Positions 1 to 12,160 are shown, counted from the stretch's first letter. The stretch: DNA of 64,000 nt from Hydrolagus colliei (GCA_035084275.1 CM068750.1:10788001-10852000); one strand, 5' to 3'. A program made the numbers and translations. Notes: generated from the letters alone by a model not told the origin.

Positions 1-754
1 AAGACAACTTTTCAGCAAATTACTGGGAAATACAAATTCTGACGAAGCAATCAGCACAGTTACAATTGGTCGAGATTAACTCCTGGAGAGGTCTGCATTG
101 CTTTTCTTCATCCAATTCATGTGCCCAAAATTACAGTTTGCTGCCGCGTTTATGCAATTCAAAACCAATGACTGAATTGAAATACACTACTGAACAATAA
201 AATACAAAATACGTAAAGCGTGAACCATTGCATTTTTATTGCAAGATGTCAGGGATCTAAAGTCTTTCATGTGAACTATGGCAGGATTTTAAAAGCTTTG
301 CTTTTATTACATTTTTCACAATTTAGATGATGGAAACAATGGTGAAATATATGCATTGAAGATGATTATGACAAATACAGATGCAAATACAGATAAATAA
401 GATAAAATTTTCCAAGATAAATAAGATAGAGAGGTCTTCCATCAGCAAGAGGTCAGTCAGTCAGAGGTCCCATAGAGTTGTTACAATTGAAATTGAAGAA
501 TCCTCTCAATCCAAGGTGAGAAGGAAACTAATCCGTGGCAACTCTCAGGAGTCAGGACCCACTTGTGTGACTTACAATTAATATCAGTCAAATGGTTTAT
601 TGGCAAGGGTATAAAATTTAATATTCCTCACTTGGCAAAATATTTGAGTTTTTAATAATATTAGGTTTTATTTTAACATTTTACCAAATCAAAAAGTGTC
701 TATCACAAGTTTCTTGCCACTTGTAGATTTTTAACTACTTTATCTTTGTGAATG

Positions 755-840
755 ATGATAATAATCCTTTCACTTGAATCTTATTATATCATTGAGATAT
801 CTCAAAGCACTTCACAGGATTTTACTGCAAAAGTGTTCTG
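755..840 (-). mobile_element. SINE 3' tail fragment (shared DeuSINE-type tail)
   Basis: ataataatcc...gagatatctcaaagcacttcacagga is the reverse complement of the tail seen at 49810-49890 and 6520-6593. Confidence 0.7.
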
Positions 841-859
841 ATTCTGCATATCACTAATA

Positions 860-1115
860 TAGAGGTATGGATGCAGATCTGCCCTTTGGCCAATTTCATC
901 TCAACCATCCCAAATAACCTATCCACTCTTCATGAGTACATTAACATCATAACAATTTCAGAAAAGACCTAAACGTTGATCTATGTTACTACTCATCATA
1001 TTCACAGCATCAACCTGTTTTTTTTAAATGACCCCAGCATATTAGCCTCAACCACCCTTAATGGTAACCTGTTCAGATCATTAATTAGCCTTTGGAGAAC
1101 TAAATACTTCTGGGG
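860..1115 (-). mobile_element. CR1 LINE 3' end fragment
   Basis: Minus ORF 1002-1220 ends KYLVLQRLINDLNRLPLRVVEANMLGSFKK, matching the CR1 ORF2 C-terminus pattern (FFTQRVINxWNxLPxxVVEAxxLxxFK). A degenerate 3'UTR follows. Confidence 0.7.
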
Positions 1116-2615
1116 ATTGCCTGCCCTGAAATGAGGATAAGGAGGAGACCTAGGAAAAGCCTTGAGGTGCACGGCAGGTGACCATGTAAGGGCAGGAGGC
1201 AGAACCATTGGAGGAATCAAAGTGGAAGCAATTCTGCAATATAAATATTTTATTATTATGTTAATTTGTAATTTAAATTTAAATCAGAATTGACAAAGAA
1301 AATGCTTACTGCATTTATTATTGGTTGTAATTATCTAAGTGTATGTGATACTTAAGAGTATAAAATGTCAATCTATAATATGGTGATGTTATTCTCAAGA
1401 TCCAAATGCATTCTGTAATTCTTCATGCACTTCCTCCTCCCAGTATTTTTACCTTGTAAACTAGAGCAGATTTCCAGCACGTGTGGACTTTCCTAAAGGA
1501 ACTAGACACAACTAAAACAATTCAGGATTGTTTAATTTAGAAATTGTTTTTTCAATGTAATTTTGTTGGAATTTGGATGTTTTAGTCTTTGCTGAAATTA
1601 TTATGTTACTATACATATTTGCAATTTATAATCTCAGTTGTAAAATAGTGAAAAGGGACCCTATAGATAGTTCATATGATTTTACAAGAAAATATTCCTG
1701 ATTCTTGACATTTCTGTATTTAGATGTTCATGGCACAAATTTTAGAAAATATATTTTAAATAATTTTTAATTCTTGAATTACAATTACAATACCTTCTGT
1801 ATATAAAGATTAAAATACTTAAAGATGTTTTTACACTGTTTCCAATTACATTTTACATATAATTTACAAATCGATCAGAATACCTTTCTTTGGTCCCATA
1901 TTGTAGCTGGTACCTTACACAAGGGAAAATAGCAACTGGTATTGCGGAATGTTGTTTCTTGCTGTCACCTGTTTTTATAAACAAAAAAAATGCAAACAAA
2001 CAATGTGGATCATTTGGTCTGTGTCTGAGGTAATCCAACTTAATTTAAACACACAAATGTGTTTTAAAAATTGAAAATATGGAACAAATGTGCTAGTTTT
2101 TTCAGACCCACTGCTGAAAAATCAATATGTTCCGATTTAAAAAAAATACAAACCCATTTCCAATGACACCTTTGTCCCATGAACTTAGAAATAAAAAATT
2201 GCAGTGAAAAATTGCTGAACCAAATGACCTCCAGTAAGAATATATGTGAAGGTTATCTTTTGCGACACTATTACAAAAACAAGTAGACGAAAATAAATTG
2301 ACTAAGTGGAATTAATTCACAAATATGAAATCAGATTCTGGATAACTTTTTATAGTTATATAGTCTATCATTCAGCTTCTGCAACAAGATCAAGCTACAT
2401 ATTGGATATTGTAATAGTTATTATCAAGCAAAATACATCAGTTGAGCAATTGAAAAATATCAATGCGTGTACTTAAATTCTAATTCTACTAATGGTAGGA
2501 ACAAACATTATATTAAATTATATTTTAAAAGGTCTAAATTAACTTTTTACATATCTGCTGAAGTTTACTTTTGGATCCAAATATGTGTTGTTTATAATTA
2601 CTCTGCCTTTTAAAT

Positions 2616-2732
2616 CCACGTTTACCTACAACTATACAGTCAATTTACTTTACAGTATATTCTGTGAAGCACTTTGAGGCATCTAGAAGACATGAAAAGT
2701 GCAGTATCAAATGCAAGGATTATTATTATTAT
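2616..2732 (+). mobile_element. 5'-truncated SINE (3' tail)
   Basis: tatacagtcaatttactttacagtatattctgtgaagcactttgag...tatcaaatgcaaggattattattatt closely matches 49795-49890. Confidence 0.85.
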
Positions 2733-4174
2733 ATAAATAGTCAACAAATAAAAGTATTTTTTCTATCAAGAAAAAATAATTTATATTTCTGTAACAACAT
2801 TAATTATTAATTTAACCAGTTTGTTTTTCTTATTCCTGTTATGCTTCCTGAATTCTTGATTATATTGCATTGATTTGGGCATGCATAATAATTTTGTAAA
2901 CGACCTGCTGAGGAAGGTTATAGCAGCTTATTGTTCACAATTCGCAGAGAGACAAAAATCATCATTAGATAAAAAGTAGATTCAGAGAGATGTTTGAAAT
3001 TAACGAAAAATAATTAACTTGTTTAATAGAACAATTAGCATACTCTTGACTGTTCAAAAACTGTTTCAGGATTGCAATCAGCATTAGCTTGCAGCTGGAT
3101 CTCCAAGGTTTAATAGGTGATTGAAACTTGTGAAGGGAAAGAAACAGATGATGAAATTCACAGGAGATTTTGTCACGCTGTTTTCAATACCCAGTGCAAC
3201 ATATTAAGCCCTGTCATTGTTGACAGAATTTTGTTTGATTCAAACAAACCTATACTATAACTTCACCCTTTAATGAGCTGCTGGAGAGTGGGTTTTCCAT
3301 AGAGCACCTGAAACACACAACAACAAAACACCTTTTATGGGAGAGCTGTGAGGGTTTGCTGCTGGCAAAATTTGTACACAGAGGTCTGTAAACCTGTACT
3401 CAGCCAGCTGGGATGCAAGGCAACAGATTCAGCCTTTGCTATAAACTTCACAGACCAATTATCTACTTGGAATCATGGGAGTTTAGCAAACAAACAGAAG
3501 CCCCTGCTGAGCTATTTCAAACCAACAGCTTGAGGAGTGATTGAGCAACATCAGTGACTTTCAGACAGATCAATTCCTTATCAAAAAGCATACAATTATT
3601 TCGAACATCAGAAGTAGATTCAAATAGCTAAGTTAGCAATCTGCTTCAATCATTTTCTTAAAAAAGCGGAACCTTTTTATTGACTTGCCGCTTTCAAAAT
3701 GTTTAATGCTTGTTATTTATATTTACCCTTTAACTTTGCCTGCCAATTAACAACACTTAATAGTTTCGTTGCAGGCTGCCCAGAGTAAATGCTTACTTTT
3801 GAGGCCAATTGAAGGAAAGAAAAATGGAGGCACTAGTGATTAAACACGTTGAAGCAAATTCACAACTTTAAGCTGCAATCTGACATCAATGTGACGCCTG
3901 GACAAAGGAAGTTGACCATTCAGTAAGTTTGCCTTAATGTTCAATTTAAAAATAGATAATGGCGCAATAACTCAAAATATATTTGCTATTGTTTCAATAT
4001 GTTAAGAGAAAACACTGTTAAACATACAATAATGCCATATCAATGATGATCTTTAAAATTGTCAAATAACTTCAAATTAAAATAAAAGTACTTAATCTAT
4101 ATCCTTGGATTTGATAAATGTTCTGATACAGCCTCACACTAACTGGAGCATTTCAGTTAATGGTTAGTAATTAA

Positions 4175-4395
4175 TTAGTGGTCCAGTGAATTAACCACTA
4201 ATCTTTGACATCTAGGAACCTAGATGAAAGTCTTCCATATCTGTTCATCATAACGTCATACTTGAAATGGGTTTGGGCAGTGTGAAACTAGCTCTCAGTG
4301 GACATGAGCTTAGTTTCACAAAAGTCCCCCTAATATGGCACTGAATTATCAATCTCACTCATAGAAACACAGGATGGCTGGTGCATAAAAATAGA
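4175..4395 (+). mobile_element. LF-SINE-like element, degenerate
   Basis: Ordered motifs cagtgaatt...ctttgacatctagg...gaaagtc...tgaaatgggtttgg...agtggaca...tcacaaaa...tggcactgaatt are colinear with the LF-SINE consensus as recalled (CAGTGAATT..CTTTCACCTCTAGG..GAAAGTC..TGAAATGAGTTGG..AGTGGACA..TCACAAAA..TGGCACTAATT). Confidence 0.55.
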
Positions 4396-4617
4396 TACAA
4401 TGATAGAAGACCAAGGTTTGTCCAGTTCACCTTCCATCACCCTGGCAATAGTTTGAGATGTTATATCCCAAACTACTGTATATACCGTATCCTGAGATAT
4501 TATTTTCCTTGAACTTCTCATCTGGCCTAATATTAACACCTAATCTTTCCTTGCTCATTAAAGGGTAGAGTTCCAGTGCATACATTTTAAGAGATATTGT
4601 TCATATTTGTAGACTTT

Positions 4618-4680
4618 CCAAGCACCTTGGGACGTCCCCCTGAAATGAAAGGCCCTATATGAAGGTAAGTTTTTATTGTA
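4618..4680 (+). mobile_element. L2 LINE extreme 3' tail
   Basis: aagcaccttgggacgtccccc..tgaaaggccctatat resembles the L2 tails at 19200-19265 and 56512-56572. Confidence 0.6.
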
Positions 4681-5381
4681 CTGTATTATATTTCACACAA
4701 TTGTAACTGAAATAAGCGTTGATAGCATTAACCCATTTCCCAGTGCATTTGAGTCCACAAGATAGAATTGCTAATAATTTTGCACTAAATTTAAAATATC
4801 ACATGTAAGGTCCTTCCGTCATTGTTATGCAGTCCGAGACACTACCCCGTTCGAAGGGCATTATATAGATGAAAGTCTGTGTCCTAGTAAAAGTGTATTT
4901 GAATATTCACAAATGTTATTCCAAGTTGCTGTTAAACCAGAAAGACAATCATAAAAGCAACACTGGTTACCTAATTGCAATGCAAGAGCTGTAAAATACT
5001 TAATATATAGCGTGATTCTACTAAACAATTTAATACCAAAGAATATCTTTATTGGAATCACAATATTCCAAATAATTAAAAGATATAGAATTCCCGTATT
5101 AAGAAAAAAATGTTTTAGAGAATCTAGTTTTTGTGAATTAAAGTCCACTGTGAATTGTATTGCCCAATCAAAAAAATATAGCTTGACTAGATGTGAGTTT
5201 TAAACTCCACCAGATCAATCCCATAACCAGTAAACGGATATTATTAAACAGCATGGGGTAGTGCAAACTGGGAAGCAAAACTTGTGGTGTGCCGCCTTTG
5301 AACAGGCCTTGCTTGCGTTCTATGACAGGGCAATTGTTGACATGCTTTTTCATGCCAATCTGCAGCTTTTTTTCAAAACGA

Positions 5382-5395
5382 GCTGCCATGGTAAC
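5382..5395. promoter_or_regulatory. RFX X-box-like palindrome
   Basis: GCTGCCATGGTAAC has one mismatch to GTTGCCATGGYAAC and lies in non-repetitive sequence. Confidence 0.3.
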
Positions 5396-6299
5396 TGGAG
5401 CTTAGCAGACTAAGCAGCTAACAAGCTTCCCTGATGGAGTTGTCTATTTCTATGATTGTCTTCTCTCAGCGATAAAATAGACTGCATCCCCTCGAGCACT
5501 TTATGCAAGACGATCATTATTTGATGGTAAATTGGAAACCAGTTTGCTACAATTCTTGTGACAGTTTTGAATTTCTAATTATTATATCATATACAATATA
5601 ATATCACTTAATAGTTGCATAATTTAGTTTGCATTACTTATGTAATAATATAGCCCATGCGGTGCAATGTTTAATCTTGAAAATTAGTGCTAATGTAATA
5701 GGTTAAATTGATCGACAGTTATTGTGTTAAAAGGCTTTAGCATTTTCATAGTTTTGTTAACATATCAATGGAGTCTAATTTGTAGGAATCCCTAATGGGA
5801 TTCCTTAATAAGTAATGATGAGTTGCGCAAGTGGGGACTCCATTCGGAGACTGATACATCATACCAACCTGGGGAAACTCTGCTCTAATGTGATTCACTT
5901 GTAGCATGGATTTCTTGTGGGTCCTTATGGAATTCCTTCAAGAAACCCTCAAACTAGGCTCAACTCTCTTTAAACGCCTTCATATCTTAAAAAGGTGACT
6001 GAATTGCCAATGATGTGATTCTGTTTGCTGCTGAAATATAACAAAACACTTTGGTTCGAACAAAAGCCTTCCTGTCATCACAAAAAGTAAAACTTTAAAT
6101 ATTTAAATAACTGTTAACGGATCATTGCCAGGGCATCCATCTTGAAATACTTGTAACTGAAGCCACTTCAGTTTTGCATTCCGGATCACCTGCAGTCCAT
6201 TGTTCAAATGAAGGCGGATGATGTAAGATCATTATTATGTATGTTACAGAAACAATCCCAACCCATCTACAGATGTAATGCAAACTGGGTCTTTGATCA

Positions 6300-6593
6300 T
6301 GCTTCCCTTTTGATGAGACATTAAACCGAGGTACCGTTTGCTTGCTCAGATGGGTGATCAATATTCCATGGTACTATTTGAAAAGAGAAGGAGTTTCTCC
6401 CGGTGTCCTGGCCGATAATCGCTCAAATACAATTTGTCACTCACTCCGTGGCTATTTATGGGACATTGCTGTGCCACAAACTGCTGCCACATTTCATCCA
6501 CAGTCAATAAACTTTACAGTATATTCTGTGAAGTGCTTTGAGATGTCTCAATGATGTAATCAGGCACTTTATTGAATGCAAGGATTATTATTA
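6300..6593 (+). mobile_element. Deu-domain SINE (SacSINE1/AmnSINE1-like)
   Basis: Deu core gatgagacattaaaccgagg...ccatggtactatttgaaaagag..ggagtttctcccggtgtcctggcc, followed by tgggacattgctgtg and the shared tail ending (tta)n. Confidence 0.85.
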
Positions 6594-7477
6594 ACTGTTT
6601 TCATTGAGCATATATTTGCATAATTATTTACACATTTATAAAAGGTTTGTCTTACTGTAAATTTATACCTGCGTAAATACTCTTCACTCCAATATTGTTG
6701 CATCCAAACATTTTTCATTTGCAAACAGATTATGGGGATACATGTTATAGGTTTTTAAAAGTTTAAGTGTGGAAGTGATAGATGTAACCAAACTATTTGT
6801 TGTGGATCAAATGGCTGAAGTTCTATTTGTTACACCTTGAGATGATAAAAGTCTTAATTGGAAGGCAGATTGGAAGGATTTTTTTTATATAGGTCGAACA
6901 GATTCTCAACACTTGCTTAAAAAAATTGGTTAAGCATCGTGTTGAGAGCAATATTGAAGGGTGGTAGGTGAGAGATGGAGAATGAGACAAACAAATACTT
7001 TGTGGAACACAATGTTACTTTTGTGTGCTAGCAGAGAACAAATTGTACTTTACAATATACTGTACTGCCTATATCAAATTTTAAGATGCTCAATATTTTA
7101 ATGTTTAGCCCAGATTGACAATACATATGGACAATGTGATTTCCAATTTTCAGCGTACATTGTGAGAGTACAATAACCTTACCAATAGAGCATTACTCCC
7201 ATAACTTGATATACCGTATATCTCCGCTTATAAGGCGCACTTTTTTTCAGGTCGGAACATCTCGAAAGTTGGGGGTGCGCCCTATACGCAGGTACAAGAA
7301 ATTTTGAACCTCAGAAATACAGTAAACAGGGGGGGCGGCCGGCGCGCTGGCAGCCGGGGTTTGGTCAGTGTCCGGCGGGGGTTGGGGGGAGCGGGTGACG
7401 GGGCTTCGGCCTCGGCCGCCCGGGCAGCGGCAGCAGCAGCGGACTTCAGTGCTGTGCTTACCTTCTGCCGAACCCAG

Positions 7478-7850
7478 TCTGCCTGCCTCACTCCCTGCCG
7501 CTCTCCCTCCCTCCCTCCCTCTCTCCCAGGCTGCCTCTCTCCCTCTCTCTCTCCCGGGCTGCCGGCCTGCCTCTCTCCCTCTCTCTCTCCCTCCCTCCCT
7601 GGCTGCCGGCCTGCCTCTCTCCCTTTCTCTCTCCCTGGCTGCCGGCCTGCCTCTCTCCCTCTCTCTNNNNNNNNNNNNNNNNNNNNNNNNNNNNNNNNNN
7701 NNNNNNNNNNNNNNNNNNNNNNNNNNNNNNNNNNNNNNNNNNNNNNNNNNNNNNNNNNNNNNNNNNNNNNNNNNNNNNNNNNNNNNNNNNNNNNNNNNNN
7801 NNNNNNNNNNNNNNNNNNNNNNCTCTCTCCCTACCTACCTGTCTCTCCTC
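7478..7850 (+). repeat. CT-rich minisatellite inside the transposon (spans an N gap)
   Basis: Repeated unit ggctgccggcctgcctctctccct(ct)n with a period of about 35-45 bp. Confidence 0.85.
7667..7822. other. Assembly gap (156 N)
   Basis: Run of n. Confidence 1.
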
Positions 7851-8706
7851 CCTTCTGCCGGCAATATCATTGAAAATGCTTCCGTTTTGTTTCACCAAGA
7901 AAAGGTCAAAAACGGGGGGTGCGCCTTATACGCGGGTGCGCCTTCTACGCGGAGATATACGGTAGTCAGATTTTTACCCAGAAACAATATGAAAAGTCGA
8001 ATGGGTGCAATTGTCCCATAACCAGTTTTTAATATGCTTGAGCTTAAATAAGAGTAGTAATAACATCCCATTTCTGCCTGAGTATTAACATACGATTTAG
8101 CAATGTTTGATTTTTGCTGCTGGCAGTTAGTTAAGCCATCCAATTGAATTATAGGTGTAACCATGTAATGGAGTTAATGTTGACAACAGAAATTAATCTC
8201 TTGATAACTGAACAGATTAAGTTTCACAAATGGTAAAACTAGTGAACCAAATGTTGGGAGAACACCTCAAAGAACTTCACATGATTCAATAGTAACTGTA
8301 ATTTGTAGTGTTTTAGAAATATTGAACCAGAGGTGTCTGGCTCCCTCGATTGGTTGGTGGTAAAGGCCTTGGGGGGTGGGGTGGAGGTGCGGGCAGAGGA
8401 TTGGTAAAATATTCACTGTGTTTATTTGCTTAATCTTCGCTGTACTACTAGCTTGGAATAGGAAGATAGGTCAATGACCATCACTCAAAGGTGGAAGATC
8501 TACTGTCTTCCTAGCATATGGATTCGGCCATATTGTAGCCATTTTTTCTACTCAAGATTGTTCTAAGATTAATTTATCTCAGGTAATGAGTGTGCCAAAG
8601 GTATTCACCCTCATCTAGTTTCTTGTTTTGTAAATAAATAATATAGGTGAGGTTCTTATGGTATTGGATTACTTTAAACACTCAGATCAGAAGTGGAAAT
8701 GTTACT

Positions 8707-8768
8707 AACAACAACAATTCCGATTTATATAGTGCCCTCCACACCGGGTGTCTCAGAGCACTTCACAA
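8707..8768 (-). mobile_element. L2-type 3' tail
   Basis: (caa)n ttccgatttatatagtgccctccacacc..tctcagagcac is the reverse-complement homologue of 14896-14962. Confidence 0.7.
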
Positions 8769-8809
8769 TAGCGGATCCCTTGTGAAAGGCAAAATTGCAA
8801 GTTGTTGAT

Positions 8810-8992
8810 GTTGAAACTCCGGCTGATTTTTTAAAACATTAGTTGAGGATATAGGGCCAAAGAACAATACTTCTCCTGCCGCTGTGGCTGTGTTTGGCCA
8901 ATTCAGGATGACTAGAGATTGAGTCTGGGTTTTTTCCAAATATGTATGGCTTAAATATTCACTCAATAAGTGACTGAGCCAAGATTGCAGCT
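8810..8992 (-). mobile_element. Head fragment of a long tRNA-derived SINE (family C)
   Basis: ggctgatttt...ggccaattca...gtatggctt...actgagccaa is homologous to 22910-23080. An A-box-like TGGCTCAGT is on the minus strand. Confidence 0.45.
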
Positions 8993-9861
8993 CTTCAACC
9001 TTACATTTTAGATTTACCAATTCACAGGATTGTTCTATTCTTGACAAATAATGAAATAGTGAGATACCATTAATATTGAAGATTTTTTTATTTACGCATA
9101 AACTGTTTTAATAAATAATTTACTTTGTATAATCATGTATCAGTATGTAGCTCAAATGGGAGAGACAACATATTTGAATAGTTTAAATGTTAGGCTGTTT
9201 GAAATAATGTTGGGCTGTACCATAACTATCTTATGAATATTAGGACAATAGCAATTCTGAAAGAACTGGAACACTGTCAATGCAAGATGGGTACATGTCA
9301 TGCTGTAGATTTTTAAAGTGCTCTGAAATCATTCATGGTTGATGGGTGAATATGATTTCTTCAGGGTTATTGAAAGTCGATTCCTTGTTCCATGCGTCTG
9401 AATAGAACTGGTATTTTGAACCTATATTAGTAAAACGTAATGTTTTGTGGAATGAAGGTGGTTCGACAACAGCCAGAGACAATGCAAATCTTAACCTTTT
9501 CTTTCCAAGAAAAGTATAAACTATATCATGTGGCATAGGTAGTGTTTTTATACAGCAAACAAAACCTCAAAAGATGGGATTTGCTTTGATGCTGATAATA
9601 AGGTTTGTGAATAGTTATCTATCTGATGATTGCAATGAGTGAATGATGAAATATTTCATTGGTTACATGTAGCAAATAGATGATGTAGTAAATAACAGTT
9701 AACTTAATTTACCCAATATTTAAAGTTTTTCTCTATCAAGTTGAGCTAAATAGCACATATGTTTTGTGTGTGGGCTGTGCATACAAAAGCTAGATTCCAG
9801 GAAGAAAGTGGAATGAATACATGTTTACAAATTTTCTGGAATAAATGATAGACTTAGTTGA

Positions 9862-9980
9862 CGAGGTCATATCTGCTGGATCAGGTGAATATTAAAGATC
9901 CCATGCCACTATTTAAAAATAGGAACTCCCTCTTTTGTCAGTGGTATAATTTATCATATTTGTCTGTCCATTGTGCTGCT
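9862..9980 (+). mobile_element. Deu-domain SINE fragment
   Basis: tcaggtgaatattaaagatcccatgccactattt matches the Deu core. Confidence 0.6.
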
Positions 9981-10084
9981 TTTAGGCAAATATGTCCAAG
10001 CCACTTTGCAACATGAACCTGGGGATTTTTACTTTCGAGATTAAGATTAAATAGCGATGATCTGATACGTGGTGATGTTGATTA

Positions 10085-10552
10085 CAGCAACAACAACTTG
10101 CATTTATATAACAGCCTTCACATGGGGTAGCACCCCAGAGCACTTGACAGTGGTGGAGTCTGATACGGAGCCAGGGGAAGGGGAAGATGACTATAAGTAC
10201 AATCAAAATGGAAGGTCTTTTCTAATTGGGAGGGAGGGGGAAAGGTGCACGGATTGAAAGAGAGTTTCAGAGTTTTGGGGCGTAGTAACTGAAGGCACAG
10301 CCACTGATGTTGGAACGGTGGGGATGAGGGACAAACAGGAGACCGGTGCCAGCCGACTGGAGGCAACAGATGTTGGAGTGGTGGGTAAGCAGATTGGATA
10401 GGTAGGGAGGTGAGAGGGCATGAACAGTTTTGAAAACGAGAGAGAGGATCTTGTTCAATCCTTTTGATAATTGGGAGCCAGTGGAGTCTGGCAAGGACTG
10501 GTGTGAATTGAGGGTCCAGAGGGTCCAAGCAGCAGAGTTTTGAATTAATTGA
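10085..10552 (-). mobile_element. L2 LINE 3' fragment (ORF2 C-terminus plus tail), frameshifted
   Basis: Minus frames give TPVLARLHWLPIIKRI / KILSLVFKTVHALSPPYLSNLL..SAGTGLLFVP..AFSYYAPKL, the classic L2 ORF2 end. The tail ends (gtt)n. Confidence 0.9.
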
Positions 10553-11692
10553 ATTAAATTGATTTAATTGAGTTTGGGGTCACATACAAGAATATATAAT
10601 CCAGGCTTTTAGCTAAGGACTGTTGTAAATGGAGAGAATGTTTTTTAAACCAGTAGCAGCAATGCTCTGAATAGTGTAATTCAGTATTAGCTGTTAAATT
10701 AAGCCTATTTGTGATAAAAACAAATCATCTTACACAACACATACAAACCCTAATCTACATAAGAGTTCCAGGGATGATTATGGGAATCATAATCTTTTTG
10801 CCATTTGAAATACTTTCAAGATGCTTCTAGCATTATAATGGCCATAATTAAACACATCCACTTACCCCTCTACAGTAAGAAATTACACTCTCTCTAAAAG
10901 AGCTTATAATTTCTCTACAAAGCTTGCCACGTAGAGTACATGGTTTGGTTTGTCTGTCTGCAAGTGGAAATAGCAGTAGCAGTCCTATGTCTATTCCTCC
11001 TTCAACGTGACTAGGAACATGCTAGCTGATGCCATGTGCCACCCAAGTGATCAAATTGCAAGCCGCAGATATCTGTATTTTATTAAATTGTTTATGGTTC
11101 TATTTTCACTCTAATAAATGGCATATCGAAATCCTGTACTGACTTTTTCATTCCACCACATAACATGCTAAGTCCACGTAACATGCTAAGTGCATGCAGC
11201 ACTTTCACTACATTTTCAGGATTCTGCTCGTAACTTATATTAATGGAACAATAATACTTGTGCTGTACAAGAATCTCATTATAAAATTGCAGGAAACCAT
11301 GTTTATTTTCTTCTACCCATTTTAAATATAATGCTGAATATTTATGAAACATTAAATTATCGACTGAAAACTATTCTAAATGTATAGTTGTCCCCATGTT
11401 ATAATATTATGCAGGGTTTCACCTTTGAGAATAATTTCAGAACTTTTATTTCAAAATGCACAATGCAGAATGGTAAGAACACACTTGAGTAAAAATAAAT
11501 AGGCATATTATTTCCAAGCAATCATTCAACCTAAATTGCATGAATATTTTGAAAGCTATATTAGAAATGTACACTACAATAAAATACTAGAATAAAAAGT
11601 GAAATGCTGGGCATTGTGATTTAAAATGAGTGACATTGGATTTTATTTGAAATCCTGATGATAATTGCACCAAGGAAGAGAATGGATATTTG

Positions 11693-11790
11693 AAACTAAA
11701 ACAGAAACACTGGAAATCTACAGCAATTCATTAAGAATCCAAAGAAGAAAGATGGATTGCATTTTTAAGGATGGATCCTTCATCAAAATT
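11693..11790 (-). mobile_element. Degenerate Penelope-type pseudo-LTR fragment
   Basis: aaaacagaaacactggaaatctacagca...ccttcatcaaaa is colinear with the reverse complement of 38925-39025. Confidence 0.4.
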
Positions 11791-11913
11791 TAAACAAGAG
11801 TCTACAGGACCCCAATATAGGATAGAGGCAGTAAGCATTAAAAGTACTTGAAAGTTAGAAAGTAATGATATAAGGAAGTGTTTTGTTGGTGGATCAATAA
11901 CTGATGGTCAAAT

Positions 11914-12160
11914 ACAACAACAACAAAATTGTACTTATATAGGTCCTTTCACATCGGGAGGATGTCCCAAAGCTCAGAACAGTCAAGTCGGGATAGGGGT
12001 GGGGGTGGTGGGGGGAGGGTCGGGGTCGGGGGAAGGAGAGTGGGAGAGGGGAAAGAGTTAGTGAGGCAGCCAAAGGCGCGGTCGAAGAGGAAGGTCTTGA
12101 GACCGGCCTTGAAGGAGGAAAGGGAGGAAGCAAGGCGGAGGGGCGGAGGGATGGAGTTCT
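11914..12160 (-). mobile_element. L2 LINE 3'UTR/tail
   Basis: (caa)n...cctttcacatcgggaggatgtcc...gtcgaagaggaaggtcttgag..ttgaaggagg..gggatggagttc is the reverse complement of the tail at 19045-19265. Confidence 0.85.

Larger units (their letters stand above)
7214..7962. mobile_element. Non-autonomous Tc1/mariner (Tc2/pogo-like) DNA transposon
   Basis: 27-bp TIRs CCGTATATCTCCGCTTATAAGGCGCAC (7214-7240) and 7936-7962 match at 25/27. TA target duplications at 7212-7213 and 7963-7964. Subterminal GGGGGTGCGCCyTATACGC motif near both ends. No transposase in the resolved sequence. Confidence 0.92.

Noticed and set aside
5784-5805. Perfect 9-bp hairpin aggaatccc-taat-gggattcct
   Set aside because: Isolated and short with no supporting context; bacterial terminator logic does not apply in eukaryotic DNA
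7282-8021. Longest ORFs (189, 217 and 136 aa)
   Set aside because: Low-complexity translations of the CT minisatellite and N gap inside a MITE; no transposase motifs
9624-9660. CTGATGA...GAAATATTTC hammerhead-like motif
   Set aside because: Neither stem II nor stem I can form
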